Positions 1 through 10,154 of a stretch of DNA of 64,000 nucleotides are shown one piece after another. This DNA comes from a virus: positions 1 to 64,000 of IMG/VR virus record IMGVR_UViG_3300045988_107889. One strand, 5' to 3'. A program made the translations under genes and the position numbers. Numbering within the stretch: position 1 is the first letter of the stretch; the number at the start of each line of letters is the position of its first letter. Below the pieces are notes generated by a model that was given only the letters and a program-made list of their open reading frames with translations, was not told the origin of the DNA and ran no database searches.

Positions 1-50
1 CTTTAAAAATAAGAGGGTCGCCCTGCAGGGCGACCCTCTTATTTTTAAAG
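1..50. terminator. 50-bp perfect palindrome, bidirectional terminator-like hairpin at window edge
   Basis: nt 1-25 (ctttaaaaataagagggtcgccctg) are the exact reverse complement of nt 26-50. GC-rich stem flanked by an A-run and a T-run. Confidence 0.55.
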
Positions 51-112
51 GATAAACGGACTGTTAGTTTTATAACACCTATCTAAAATCATTGATTTGA
101 AGGCACAAACAG

Positions 113-147
113 TTAAAAAAAAGAGGACGCCTAAAAAGCGTCCTCTT
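113..147 (-). terminator. intrinsic terminator closing the late/lysis operon
   Basis: 10-bp stem aagaggacgc/gcgtcctctt (121-130/138-147), followed on the minus strand by a T-run (plus A-run 115-120), just after the endolysin stop at 153. Confidence 0.8.
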
Positions 148-152
148 TCATT

Positions 153-1466
153 TTACACCTTCGCTCTTACAACTGCTAGGACATTATGCCGCCACTCATA
201 TCCAGACGTAACAAGCATTTTTACATACTGACCCTTGCTATTGATACATGATCCGTTTCGGCCCGTTAGTACAGCAGGTTTCTTGTCTTTCAGCAGGTAG
301 ATAGCAATACTGGAGTCATGGACAACCACGTCACCAGGCTTCAGCTCATTCTTATAAAAGTCAATACTTTTATTCGGGTACACGACCTTACAGTCGATCA
401 GCTTGTCCGCATTAACAATAGACTTTTCGCCGACGCCATAGCCAGCCTTGCTGTGACTCAGGATCTTTCCAGCCTGCAGCAGACCAACATCCTGCAGTAC
501 CCAAGAGACAAAGTGCGCACAGCTTGAACCAGGTTTAGACAGTTTCTTAGTTGCGGCGAACGTAGTCTTCGCCGTATAACCGTCGCCTTTGTAATGCCAC
601 TTGTTCTTTAGCATGTAGCCACTGATTGTCTTTGCAGACGCGACAACTGCTTCTGAGATAAGCTTCTCCTGTGTCTTCGGTCCCACAATACCGTCCACGG
701 TCAGACCATAATTGTACTGAAAATTACGAACAGCTTGGTCGGTCTTGACGCCCCAGATGCCGTCCTCGGCGAGCTGATTGCCTAGAATATTTAGTCGATG
801 CTGTAGCAACTTAACCTTATCGCCGGTGTCATTCTTCATCAGCAAGCCAGTGCTATTTTGAGTCTGGGTTTTTGCAGGAGCGGCAATTTCAAAGTATCCA
901 TGGTTCATATCAACATTACCTTTGATACCGGACACGCGACCCTTGCTGCTATACTGCCAAGCCCAAACCTTGCCAGTGTAATGGAGCTTAGAGCCATACT
1001 CAGCCAGCCAAATTTTTAGGCCAGCAACTCTGGAGGTGACCAGCTTATTCTTCAGAAAATCGGTCGAACTATACAATCCGCACTCATAACCTGCGTCCTT
1101 TACCGTCTTTACGAACCTTAGAACAATGTCTGTTCTAGTAGCGTCGGACAGTTTCAAAATGGCCGTTTCATATTCCTGGTCGAAGAAGAGGGGAAGGTCA
1201 AACTTCTTTCCCTCGATTGCTTTTAGGAAAGTCTTGGCTTCCTGTTCACCGCGAGCCACACTATCAGCATAGCTATACCAGTAAGCCCCAACCTTGATAC
1301 CGGCGGCTCTAGCCCCGGCATAATTTACTTCAAAATACTTATCCTTCTGAGAGATCTCTCGCCCGTAACCGGCGCGAAGGATGGCGAATTTTACGCCATC
1401 CTTCGCAACTTTTTTCCAGTCGATTGCTCCCTGATGTACGGATACATCAACACCCTTTAATGCCAT
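153..1466 (-). CDS. trimodular endolysin: GH25 muramidase + PG_binding_1-like repeat + C-terminal NlpC/P60- or CHAP-like Cys/His domain
   Basis: N-terminus GVDVSVHQGAIDWKKVAKDGVKFAILRAGYG is a typical GH25 start. LLQHRLN..EDGIWGVKTDQAVRNFQ..GLTVDGIVGPKT is a peptidoglycan-binding repeat. C-terminal SSCAHFVSWV ... VVVHDSS suggests a Cys/His peptidase. Last gene before the terminator. Confidence 0.9.
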   Translation of the reverse strand: MALKGVDVSVHQGAIDWKKVAKDGVKFAILRAGYGREISQKDKYFEVNYAGARAAGIKVGAYWYSYADSVARGEQEAKTFLKAIEGKKFDLPLFFDQEYETAILKLSDATRTDIVLRFVKTVKDAGYECGLYSSTDFLKNKLVTSRVAGLKIWLAEYGSKLHYTGKVWAWQYSSKGRVSGIKGNVDMNHGYFEIAAPAKTQTQNSTGLLMKNDTGDKVKLLQHRLNILGNQLAEDGIWGVKTDQAVRNFQYNYGLTVDGIVGPKTQEKLISEAVVASAKTISGYMLKNKWHYKGDGYTAKTTFAATKKLSKPGSSCAHFVSWVLQDVGLLQAGKILSHSKAGYGVGEKSIVNADKLIDCKVVYPNKSIDFYKNELKPGDVVVHDSSIAIYLLKDKKPAVLTGRNGSCINSKGQYVKMLVTSGYEWRHNVLAVVRAKV

Positions 1467-1491
1467 ATTACTGCTCCTTCATCTATATGAG

Positions 1492-2682
1492 TTATCCTGT
1501 TGATTCTGTTTCTGTTATTTCTGACGCGCTGAGGGTGCCGCTGTCATCTACAGCTAGTTTAAACTTTTTAGTGCTTCCCTCTGTGGAAGAGTTAATGATA
1601 AGATCGGAGCCAACTCTTTGGATGTTGTCAGCGAGGAGCCTGTCGTCTAGCGGTTCTATCTCTTCCACAACCGTATATATGTCTGGCAACACTTGCCCAT
1701 CCGATTCGTAAGCGTAGAAATACGATGCCTTATCTTCGGAGGTGATTAAAATATATTTTTCACCGGTGTTGGTTCGATCTTTTGGATATCCAGTCGGAAA
1801 ATTTAACGACGACCAGCCGCCCGCGCTACCATATACAAAGCTCATAAGCCCCAGCATGTACAAATTCCCAACATACTGGAAAGGCACACCATCTTCTTCT
1901 ATTGTCTTTACGGCAGCTGGAGGAGATATGAAATTCATTTGATTAGCACTGTAGCCATTTTGAATTTGGATCTTAGTTCCCTCAGTAAGAAACGGGAGGT
2001 GTTCCTTATCTGCCATGATAAAATTCCATGGGGCACTGTTGCCGTTCCTTACATTCCCATAACGCCCGATCGGCATCGTCGCCTTAGTTCTTGTTAGCTT
2101 GTACAAGCAAGGCGCGTCCACTAAGTCACCAAAGTTTCCAGAGAAGTCTGATGCACCGATATTTTCCCGCGCCTGAGCTTTTTCACCGTCAGAAAAATTT
2201 TGACTAGACCAAGCGTAGACATATCTATCACCAAAACTGTTAATGCTATTATTGACGCTATTCATCTGAGCGTTAAATGCTGTACTAACCCGATCAACAT
2301 CCTTCTTCTTAGCAACACTCTTGGGCAGTAGCTCTTCCGGCAACAGCTTAATATCATACTTATTTTTAGTCGTCTGATCATTGCGATATATAGAGAGAGT
2401 CTTGTTTACGTATTCGCCAGTACACATCACAGATATCGTACCGTTATGCACACAGATACAGAACGAGTTGGTTGGCCATGTAGATGTGTCTGGCGGCAAC
2501 ACATAGTTATCTTGGAAATTATCAAGAAAAGGAGTCGTGCTAGCCCATTCCGGGAAACTATCATCACACTCCCGGCATTTTGCAGTAAGAGTAATCCTTT
2601 CGTCGCCGAAGTCGATATCGTATGACTGGCCTTCAGTTAGGTTAAACCAAAACATTATCTCCGTCGGTAAATCCACTCGCAA
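1492..2682 (-). CDS. hypothetical protein in the fibre/lysis region (possible receptor-binding or structural protein)
   Basis: 396-aa ORF in the operon orientation, tightly spaced with neighbours. No motif recognised. Confidence 0.6.
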   Translation of the reverse strand: MRVDLPTEIMFWFNLTEGQSYDIDFGDERITLTAKCRECDDSFPEWASTTPFLDNFQDNYVLPPDTSTWPTNSFCICVHNGTISVMCTGEYVNKTLSIYRNDQTTKNKYDIKLLPEELLPKSVAKKKDVDRVSTAFNAQMNSVNNSINSFGDRYVYAWSSQNFSDGEKAQARENIGASDFSGNFGDLVDAPCLYKLTRTKATMPIGRYGNVRNGNSAPWNFIMADKEHLPFLTEGTKIQIQNGYSANQMNFISPPAAVKTIEEDGVPFQYVGNLYMLGLMSFVYGSAGGWSSLNFPTGYPKDRTNTGEKYILITSEDKASYFYAYESDGQVLPDIYTVVEEIEPLDDRLLADNIQRVGSDLIINSSTEGSTKKFKLAVDDSGTLSASEITETESTG

Positions 2683-2793
2683 GCAATACGGACTTAACTA
2701 CCGTTTCCTTCCCAAGGTAATCCTTGTACGCAACTCTATTCCGCATTATCATATTCTGAATTGCGGTAAGTAAATTTTTAATATTCAGTTTAT

Positions 2794-3048
2794 TCAAGAC
2801 AACACCGCCTTATTGAAACGTTGGTCGGGGGAATCTTCCACTGTAATCGTATCCCCTCCGGCATCCATACCTACTGCAATAACATTGTTGTCATCAGATG
2901 CTCCGCCAGTAGAATCAGACCATTGCCATTTTGTTACTAAACAATAAACATTTTGTACATGTAGGTATACCGTGCCTGCCATGAGCGCATCGTAAACTTC
3001 CTGTGCAGTTACGGCTACGCCATCTTGATTATATAAAGTATATGTCAA
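2794..3048 (-). CDS. hypothetical small protein
   Basis: 84-aa ORF, start overlaps the stop of the upstream ORF (3045-3048 coupling). Confidence 0.5.
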   Translation of the reverse strand: MTYTLYNQDGVAVTAQEVYDALMAGTVYLHVQNVYCLVTKWQWSDSTGGASDDNNVIAVGMDAGGDTITVEDSPDQRFNKAVLS

Positions 3049-3239
3049 CCAACCTCACTCCCATTCTGAACTACATCGAAAATTGTTACACTACCGCCGC
3101 CGAACTTAGCGTTAGACTTGGAGATCTGCTTTGCCGTTCCCGCATCAATAATCAGAATCTTTGCGTTGTCAGGAAGAGCTTGAAGCTCTTCGAGATCCAC
3201 AACGCTTCGCAAAGCCAAAGGTTCGCTCATATAATTCAC
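3045..3239 (-). CDS. hypothetical small protein
   Basis: 64-aa ORF, 4 nt downstream of the previous gene, same strand as the operon. Confidence 0.5.
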   Translation of the reverse strand: MNYMSEPLALRSVVDLEELQALPDNAKILIIDAGTAKQISKSNAKFGGGSVTIFDVVQNGSEVG

Positions 3240-3242
3240 TCC

Positions 3243-3563
3243 TCACATCAAAATAATTTTCCCGTCTTCATCAGTCAGCAGTTCTCCGTTATTACTAACA
3301 GCCGCCAACATATTCGCATCCATTAGACTAGCTACTGTATCATCCGCTACTAACGCGGAAGCTCCTCCTGAATTTTTATACGTCCATTCATGGAGTTCTT
3401 CATCATACATATACTCTGTTTCCGTATCCATTTCATAGAACGTACTGCCATTTGAAATCGGCATTCCATCAAAAGTTTTGATTGGCTTTGTATCGGTAGA
3501 TTTGCCAACAAAGTTCATATCATTTTTATTCTGATGGCCGCCATATTTAATCAAGGACACCAT
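3243..3563 (-). CDS. hypothetical protein
   Basis: 106-aa ORF in the operon. No recognisable motif. Confidence 0.55.
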   Translation of the reverse strand: MVSLIKYGGHQNKNDMNFVGKSTDTKPIKTFDGMPISNGSTFYEMDTETEYMYDEELHEWTYKNSGGASALVADDTVASLMDANMLAAVSNNGELLTDEDGKIILM

Positions 3564-3607
3564 GTTAGGTCACATCCTTTCATCATCAATGTTAGAAGAC
3601 CTGGAGG

Positions 3608-3817
3608 TTATTCCTCCAGGTCTTCTTTCTTATCCATATTCATCAAAGCTGCCAGCACAGCGCTGACGACGACCGCCCCAGCACTGATCGCTACAGTCTT
3701 TGCACTTGCCACATCGGTGACGCCGTTAACCCATGCTACCAGGTTCGCGGCGATAGCACCGGCGGCAGCCTGCAGTGCGGTACGTAGTGCTCTATGGAGC
3801 CATTCTCTTTGTTTCAT
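3608..3817 (-). CDS. holin (phage r1t-type holin-like)
   Basis: 69 aa. WLHRALRTALQAAAGAIAANLVAWV...AISAGAVVVSAVLAALMNM gives two hydrophobic helices plus a charged C-terminus KKEDLEE. Resembles the r1t holin family pattern. Confidence 0.65.
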   Translation of the reverse strand: MKQREWLHRALRTALQAAAGAIAANLVAWVNGVTDVASAKTVAISAGAVVVSAVLAALMNMDKKEDLEE

Positions 3818-3843
3818 AACTATTACTCCTTCCGTTAGTACAG

Positions 3844-4272
3844 TTATTCTTCATTCTTGGTGGGGAGCTGTTTAAGCTCTTCTACCATTTTTGTAATCGT
3901 ACCATTCCCACCTAGTGAATGGTACGCACAATAACTTTCCAACACATTCTGCATCGCATACATAGGGATGTAACCCATGTTTACATAATGCGAATGATCT
4001 CTAATAATTTCTGCTCGCAGCAAACACTTCATCCCGTCGTTAACTGCATGGTAGCGCTGGAACAGTGTTTGCTGCTTTTTGTATAAAACCGCCCATACCC
4101 CTGTCAAGAAAGAAACAAGCACAGAGACAATTACTTGAGGTACATACTCAATCAATTTGTTCACCTCTTTTACAAACTGTGGTCTGCCTTGCAATTGCAC
4201 CAGATTAGTCAATTGGGTATGAGATAGAGACCACGTAATTCCCCGCAGCACCATAGACCAATTGAAGCCCAC
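3844..4272 (-). CDS. single-pass membrane protein (possible second holin or lysis regulator); start uncertain
   Basis: One TM segment VIVSVLVSFLTGVWAVLY. The N-terminal 23 codons overlap the fibre gene, so the true start may be internal. Confidence 0.5.
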   Translation of the reverse strand: MGFNWSMVLRGITWSLSHTQLTNLVQLQGRPQFVKEVNKLIEYVPQVIVSVLVSFLTGVWAVLYKKQQTLFQRYHAVNDGMKCLLRAEIIRDHSHYVNMGYIPMYAMQNVLESYCAYHSLGGNGTITKMVEELKQLPTKNEE

Positions 4273-5440
4273 CGTTTGCTAGAATCTTTCCGCGCAAAGG
4301 GTGTTTGTAGCTTGCTGTCCACTGGCACATCTCAAATGGCACTAATGTCCTGTGTTGAGGGCAAGGAACAATAGTGCTATTCAAAATAGTCTTCCAAGCG
4401 GAAATACTTTTCCCTAGGGTTATTGTGCCACTGATCCAGCATATCCCCATTTTCTTTGTTACTGTCAATTTCCCATCCGTGAAAGTGCCGGAAAGACCAG
4501 ATGTACTCGCAAATTCGTCGTACTCCCAAGTTTCGCTATAACATCCTACGCTTGCATCTACGGTCCCGGACAATGTCAACCTGCCATTTTTAAAAATTAG
4601 CGCCGCTTCCGGAGCTTCGTCGCCGTCATCGTATGTTTGAGATATTGTCATAATTGCGGAGCTAGTTTCTGGATCACCGGTGTCATTAAAACTTGTCTCA
4701 ATCTTATTCGTAACATGGACTGTATAATCACCATTTGTTACTCTGTCTTCGCCTTTGACAAGGATATCTTTGCCGGATATTTTGCCATCAATTATTAGCT
4801 CCGTAATATTGGTTTTTTTATCTGTTTTTAAAAGTAACTTTCCGCCACCAAGATTCATATTTCCATTATCCATCTTAAATATACTCCCCGCAGTATTCGC
4901 CAAAGGGTCAGAAGCAATTCCGTTGTAATTCTTAGATCTGAGTGTTCCAGTCACTTTAATGTCCTGAGCAAACAAATTCTCCGTGTCAATGTTTTTTGCT
5001 TTAGCTGCTCCCACCGCCAGCTTATCCGTTGTAACACATCCTGCGTCAAGAGCTTCCGTTATTACGGACCCTGTCGCTATCTTCGCCCCGTCAAAAAGTG
5101 TTGTGTCAGTCTTACTACACCAAGAGGCGAGCTTTTGATTCGCCTCATGCGCTTGATTGTACGCGGACTTTGATGCCTCATAAGAACTAGAAACGGACAC
5201 TTCAGAATAAGCGAACGTGCCATCTGTAAATTGTGTCAACACGCAAGTGTACAGCACGCTGGTCGCAGAACTATCGCTATACGTTGGCTCCGTCTCTATC
5301 CACCCGTTGCCAGGAGGAACAGATGTTGGTTTGCTAGGCGGGCTTAGTGTTGACACCTGAGTTTTGTAATACCGAGTCTCTGATTCCACACTAGTAACAT
5401 ACGCCAGTGTTATCATTGCAGAAGCTAGTACACTCATCAA
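4205..5440 (-). CDS. tail fibre / receptor-binding protein
   Basis: 411 aa, follows the other fibre genes. Ser/Thr/Gly-rich beta-type sequence. 4-nt start/stop overlap with the upstream gene. Confidence 0.6.
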   Translation of the reverse strand: MMSVLASAMITLAYVTSVESETRYYKTQVSTLSPPSKPTSVPPGNGWIETEPTYSDSSATSVLYTCVLTQFTDGTFAYSEVSVSSSYEASKSAYNQAHEANQKLASWCSKTDTTLFDGAKIATGSVITEALDAGCVTTDKLAVGAAKAKNIDTENLFAQDIKVTGTLRSKNYNGIASDPLANTAGSIFKMDNGNMNLGGGKLLLKTDKKTNITELIIDGKISGKDILVKGEDRVTNGDYTVHVTNKIETSFNDTGDPETSSAIMTISQTYDDGDEAPEAALIFKNGRLTLSGTVDASVGCYSETWEYDEFASTSGLSGTFTDGKLTVTKKMGICWISGTITLGKSISAWKTILNSTIVPCPQHRTLVPFEMCQWTASYKHPLRGKILANGGLQLVYGAAGNYVVSISYPID

Positions 5441-6483
5441 TTATCACCTTCCAGTTGAGCGACAAAAATTGCCTTGTTGTTTACTTGGTCTGCGTCAATA
5501 GTAAGAGTCTGGCCGGTCTTTGTCGTTGTCGTCTCTCCATCCTTATACCATTTAATCACTCCCAGCTGCGCAATTTCAGAGGCAGTCAATTCTTTGCCGC
5601 CCTTATACACGTGAGCGGTCAAAGTGGTGGCAATAGAAGTGTTCTTAAAAATAGTGCCGTTAGATGACGTGATAGAAATCGTTACCGCGTCTGCGCCGTC
5701 CGTCCCATTAGTGCCGTTTCTACTAACACTAAAAGAGGTAGTAGAGTTTCCATCATCGTAGTTAACCACGGTTTTAGCCCACAAGTATCCGCCCGCAGCA
5801 ACAGCAGGGATAGTAGTGCCCCAGTCAGACTCCGGCGGCGTGTTCCCGTTGGAGCTGGATGCGTAGGTAACAGAGGTGCTTGACACACCAACGCTGCTAC
5901 CGTCAGTCCCTTGGCGACTAACACTAAATGCCGTTGTTGAATTGCCATCGCTATAAGTCACCACAGTCTTAGTCCATAGATACTCGCCATTAGAAATAGC
6001 AGGAATTGAAGTCTGCCAGCCACTATCGGGGGCAGTCGTGCCATTAGCTCCCTTTGCATATGTAACGGATGTAGAGGATACCTTAACGCTTGTACCATTA
6101 GTTCCTGAGAAAGAAATGGCGAAGGTGAACTGCTTGTAAATTGTAATGTCATTACCAATATGAACCGGGATTTTTACCGCACCACCCTCTGTAACCTCGG
6201 ACGACACTGTAATTGTTAAGGTGGGGGCTGTAGTGCTTGTATCCTTTGAAACCGTCACGCCAGTTGGCTTCTCAATCTCGGACACATTGATTGTTACAGG
6301 GATCTGTGTCGCCCCTTGCAATGCGATAACCTGAGTAGTCGTACTACTGCCGTTAACAGCAGAAGTGGCTGTACCCGGAAAAGCGTGTGCTTCAGATGTC
6401 AGCATAACCGAATACGCATCTGTAATATCAGTTAATGTAATTTGATCAGATGACCTAATCATTTCTAAAAATCTCCTTATCAA
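5437..6483 (-). CDS. tail fibre protein with tandem ~65-aa domain repeats
   Basis: aa 127-191 and 192-256 are clear repeats (..VSSTSVTYA..NG.T.P.S.W.T.IPA...G.YLW.KTVV.Y.DGNSTT.FSVSR). The C-terminal module resembles the C-terminus of the 1224-aa tail protein. Confidence 0.7.
   Translation of the reverse strand: MIRRFLEMIRSSDQITLTDITDAYSVMLTSEAHAFPGTATSAVNGSSTTTQVIALQGATQIPVTINVSEIEKPTGVTVSKDTSTTAPTLTITVSSEVTEGGAVKIPVHIGNDITIYKQFTFAISFSGTNGTSVKVSSTSVTYAKGANGTTAPDSGWQTSIPAISNGEYLWTKTVVTYSDGNSTTAFSVSRQGTDGSSVGVSSTSVTYASSSNGNTPPESDWGTTIPAVAAGGYLWAKTVVNYDDGNSTTSFSVSRNGTNGTDGADAVTISITSSNGTIFKNTSIATTLTAHVYKGGKELTASEIAQLGVIKWYKDGETTTTKTGQTLTIDADQVNNKAIFVAQLEGDN
5716..6105 (-). repeat. in-frame tandem duplication (2 x 195 nt) inside the fibre gene
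   Basis: Repeat 1 is 5911-6105 and repeat 2 is 5716-5910, from the protein-level repeat. Confidence 0.8.
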
Positions 6484-9400
6484 GTAATCAGGCTACACAT
6501 AAATACAGCCTTAACGTCTATGTCATTTGAAGTAAGCGTCATTGTAAAACCATCGTTTCCAATTCTGGGGTCTGATGAAAGAATGATACTAAACGAATCT
6601 TCGCCAAATTTTTGCCACGACCATTGCAAATATGACGAAGTACCAAAAGAATTCTTTAAGTCTGCTATAGTTGAAATCTTTTTAGCTCCATAATATACTG
6701 TCGCTGTTAACGTAGTAGAAATCTCGTTATTCCGGAAAACATTACCCCTAGAAGAATCGACGCGGACAAGCACGGCATCTTCGCCGTCCTTACCATTTGA
6801 AATTTTATTTAGCGTCAAAACTTTCTCGTAGTTATTGTCTTCATATTTTACAGTAAATGTGACTGTCGCCACAGTTTTGCTTATATTTGTGAGAGTGAAA
6901 ACTCCCGCGCTCGTGTCATATGTTCCGTTGCATCCATCGCACGCATACGTAACAGTGCATTCAGACAGTTGGTCTACTAAGCCCTTCGTAACCTTTAGCT
7001 TTACAGTGTAATCGTCAAGTGTCGTCGGAGTTCCGTTTCCGTCACAAAGAACGCCAATATACTCTCTTGACAGTGAGACATTGATAGGAGCGCTCGCATC
7101 CTTCGAATATCCGGAGATAGTCAAAGTTGACCCGTCCCAAACCAACGCGCCATTACCAAAGTTAAACGTTCCGTCAGACAAAATCTTTACGCCATTATTT
7201 CCGCCGACATAGATCGAACCGTCCTTCGCGATATAGGTTCCGTCATTTGTAGACGCTATAGAGTTCTTGCCGCCAGTGGATAGGGAGGTAGCATTGACGT
7301 TACCTGTAAAGTTTGCTGTACCATCCTCGTTAAACGAAATCACAGTTCCATTTTCACTGACGATGGACAGTACCGAGTCTCCCTTGGGGTCGATTGAAAC
7401 CGTGTTCGTGCCGTTTGTTACGGTCAAACCGTCGGCGTCAAACCGCATACTGTTATCAGAGTTGTAGATTCCAAGCGACTCACCTAGCAACAGCTTGCCG
7501 CAAAGGACTTCACCATTGATACCGTACCCCTCAGTGTACTCTCCGGTTTTCGGATTGACATAGAAGAACCGACCAAGAGCTGCGCGGGTAGACTTCCAGT
7601 TGTCATCTGTAATAGCGATAGTCGAGTTGATGATCTTCATCTGGATGTCTTCGTACTTCTCGGTCATCGGGTCAAACTTTCTGTAGAGCGTCCCGTGTTG
7701 GTCAACAACCATATTCTGATTGTCGGCACTGTCTATAATTTTTGTGTGTGTTGCGGATAGACCATTTTCTGTCCAGTTAGAAAGGACACCAGACGCGTCG
7801 GAACCCTTGACTGCCTGCTTTGTTACATAGTCAAAGGTAGACGCCATAGACGATGCGCGGGATAGAATATCCGCCACATCAGCTGTACCACTAAGCGTCT
7901 TAGTTACGTCGGAGAACTCGACAGACAGGCTATCCATATCTGAATAGTCAAGATCATAACTAACAAGCCTTAGTCTGTATACTGCGCCATCAACCTTAAC
8001 CCGAATCCAATTACCTACAGAGAAGTAGTCAACTATCGGTGCGAACGCTGGGATGATCAAAAGATTCTTTAATGTAGCTGTAATAGTATGCTGCAGGTTC
8101 GCAGACTTGTAGATTTCTTTCTTAGCCTTGTCGATAAACTGAAGAGCCTGGTCAACAAGCTCTGAGTCAGTCAGTCCATCAGAGATGAAGTTGTCGTTAG
8201 AATATTCATCCTCTCTCCGGTAAGAAGAAAACTCAACCCACAAATCATGACCCAGGTATGTCTCCAAATCGAGAGCGCCCCGAATCTCTTCCTGCGCCCT
8301 TTCGATATACTGCTTTACCCCAAGTACCGGTTCATCCGAAGCCGTCTCCGCCCCCTCGTCGCCCAGGATAATCATAAGCTCTGAACTGCGAACATCCTTT
8401 TCTGCCTGTATCGCTAAAAGCTTGTTGTAGTATGGCAAATAGTACTGGCTATACATAATAGAGGTTGTTTCGCCGCCACCGGATTCCGTCAAGATATTTA
8501 GAACGTCTTGGCAGCAATCCTCAAATTCATCCAAACAATCCATGCTGTACTTCTTTAGATTATTTGTGAACTGCTCCAGCTCCAGCTTGAATAAACCAGT
8601 AATACTAACATCCTCAGTGTCTGAAATGGCAATCTTCTTTTCTACAAGTTGCTTTGCGTAGTCGGCATAATTGTCTGTTACGACAACAGAAATTGTACTC
8701 GACGTTGCCACGTCTTCTTCTTCGGTGTAGCTAGTAACAGTAAAATTGCCTGTCCACGTTGGAGTGCTTCCTTCTGTATTCACCCATGAAGTTGTGTTAA
8801 TGGAGAACTTGAATCTGCTTGTATCAATAAACACTTTCGCCATTGCCTTTAGCGCACTCTCAACCGTAGCTTTTGATGTCCCAGAGGTCAGCTTAGACAC
8901 AGCGATAGGGGAGAGGTTATCCGCTGTCAGTAAGGCAGCTTGTGCCGCAGCATTCGTTTCCTGGTGCTCGTAGGTTGGCATCATGGATGTCTGTAAGTAG
9001 CTGCCGAACTCTATCGCGCTAAAGTAAGCCTTGACCAGATTAGAGTAGCCAGCGATAGGAGAGGTGATCTTCTCTAAGTTTTCGTTCATCGACTTGTACT
9101 TATCTACAAGCTCGTTGTAGGAAACTAGAATGGTGGCGTCGATTGAGCTGCCAGCTTCTTCATTGTAGTGCTGACACAACTCATCGTAGCTGTTTAATTT
9201 TGCTACCAGCTCATCCGACATATCCTCTTTGGTATCATCCGTGATACACCAAATGTATCCGCCGCCACTTGGATTGCATAGGCGAACCGTCGCCGTCATC
9301 AGGTCATCGCCAGCAGTTAGTCGAAAACAATTTTTCACGGAACCAGTGTCTGTTTCGTAGGACACCTCGTCGGTGAGATTCTCAGTAGAAACAAAGATTG

Positions 9401-10154
9401 TTGTGTCCTGACCATACCCCTCGTTAATATTAGAACTGTTACATTCCGGGCAGTTGCCGTCAAATTCACCTCTATAACCGCAGTCTAGGCAGGTCCGCTC
9501 CAAGTCATACACTTCTACCGTTCGGGACGGAGTTCCTTTATCAGTAGACCCGGAAGGATAAACAAACAGACAGCCGATTTCTTCTGCAACGGCGTCGAAA
9601 GCATCTTTGATAGAATCGCCATCAAAAGAAAATGTCCGCTGCAGTTTTGCTATCGTCGAATCTACATGGCCAATAGAATAGTGAGGCGCTTTCTCCATTA
9701 GACGATGGAGGAGGGACGCGTCAGGTCTGTCCGGGCGATAGAGAATAGTAGGGAAGTTTTCATCGTAGTCATCTCTGTCGATGTCATCTTCCGTGTTAAT
9801 CTCAATGTCGTGCAGTAAAATTTGAGACAGCTCGGCTTCACCCAAGCTTGTTGCGGTTATACTCTTCATAACACTAGAAGACTCCTGTGTGTTAACAGAG
9901 ATAGAAAACCACTTATCCCACTCTTTACACCAGACTAACTTAAAGTCAACTACCTTATCCCATATAGGACAGACCCTACCGTCGAATTCTTTATATATAT
10001 CAAAAGATAGTTCGCATGAATCACTCAATCTATCTGACAAGCTGATATTATCAGCCGTATTTAAAACGCCAAGCTTTTCTCCACCGCGCTTTGCTAACAC
10101 TAGAGTCGGGCACTCTGGCGACCCAGTTCCATCAAACTGAATGCGAATAGCCAT
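6480..10154 (-). CDS. tail-associated (Tal-like) minor structural protein / baseplate hub
   Basis: 1224 aa directly after the Dit-like gene. The N-terminus (MAIRIQFDG...ELSFDIYKEFDG...) resembles the phage minor structural protein N-terminal region of siphoviruses. Confidence 0.75.
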   Translation of the reverse strand: MAIRIQFDGTGSPECPTLVLAKRGGEKLGVLNTADNISLSDRLSDSCELSFDIYKEFDGRVCPIWDKVVDFKLVWCKEWDKWFSISVNTQESSSVMKSITATSLGEAELSQILLHDIEINTEDDIDRDDYDENFPTILYRPDRPDASLLHRLMEKAPHYSIGHVDSTIAKLQRTFSFDGDSIKDAFDAVAEEIGCLFVYPSGSTDKGTPSRTVEVYDLERTCLDCGYRGEFDGNCPECNSSNINEGYGQDTTIFVSTENLTDEVSYETDTGSVKNCFRLTAGDDLMTATVRLCNPSGGGYIWCITDDTKEDMSDELVAKLNSYDELCQHYNEEAGSSIDATILVSYNELVDKYKSMNENLEKITSPIAGYSNLVKAYFSAIEFGSYLQTSMMPTYEHQETNAAAQAALLTADNLSPIAVSKLTSGTSKATVESALKAMAKVFIDTSRFKFSINTTSWVNTEGSTPTWTGNFTVTSYTEEEDVATSSTISVVVTDNYADYAKQLVEKKIAISDTEDVSITGLFKLELEQFTNNLKKYSMDCLDEFEDCCQDVLNILTESGGGETTSIMYSQYYLPYYNKLLAIQAEKDVRSSELMIILGDEGAETASDEPVLGVKQYIERAQEEIRGALDLETYLGHDLWVEFSSYRREDEYSNDNFISDGLTDSELVDQALQFIDKAKKEIYKSANLQHTITATLKNLLIIPAFAPIVDYFSVGNWIRVKVDGAVYRLRLVSYDLDYSDMDSLSVEFSDVTKTLSGTADVADILSRASSMASTFDYVTKQAVKGSDASGVLSNWTENGLSATHTKIIDSADNQNMVVDQHGTLYRKFDPMTEKYEDIQMKIINSTIAITDDNWKSTRAALGRFFYVNPKTGEYTEGYGINGEVLCGKLLLGESLGIYNSDNSMRFDADGLTVTNGTNTVSIDPKGDSVLSIVSENGTVISFNEDGTANFTGNVNATSLSTGGKNSIASTNDGTYIAKDGSIYVGGNNGVKILSDGTFNFGNGALVWDGSTLTISGYSKDASAPINVSLSREYIGVLCDGNGTPTTLDDYTVKLKVTKGLVDQLSECTVTYACDGCNGTYDTSAGVFTLTNISKTVATVTFTVKYEDNNYEKVLTLNKISNGKDGEDAVLVRVDSSRGNVFRNNEISTTLTATVYYGAKKISTIADLKNSFGTSSYLQWSWQKFGEDSFSIILSSDPRIGNDGFTMTLTSNDIDVKAVFMCSLIT

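Noticed and set aside
5682-6158. Alternative-frame minus-strand ORFs 5682-5948 and 5958-6158 within the fibre gene.
   Set aside because: They are out-of-frame readings of the tandem repeat region. The main frame gives a clean duplicated domain.
4205-6483. Diversity-generating retroelement targeting the fibre genes.
   Set aside because: The only repeats are in-frame tandem protein-domain duplications. There is no template/variable repeat pair with A-specific differences and no reverse transcriptase in the window.
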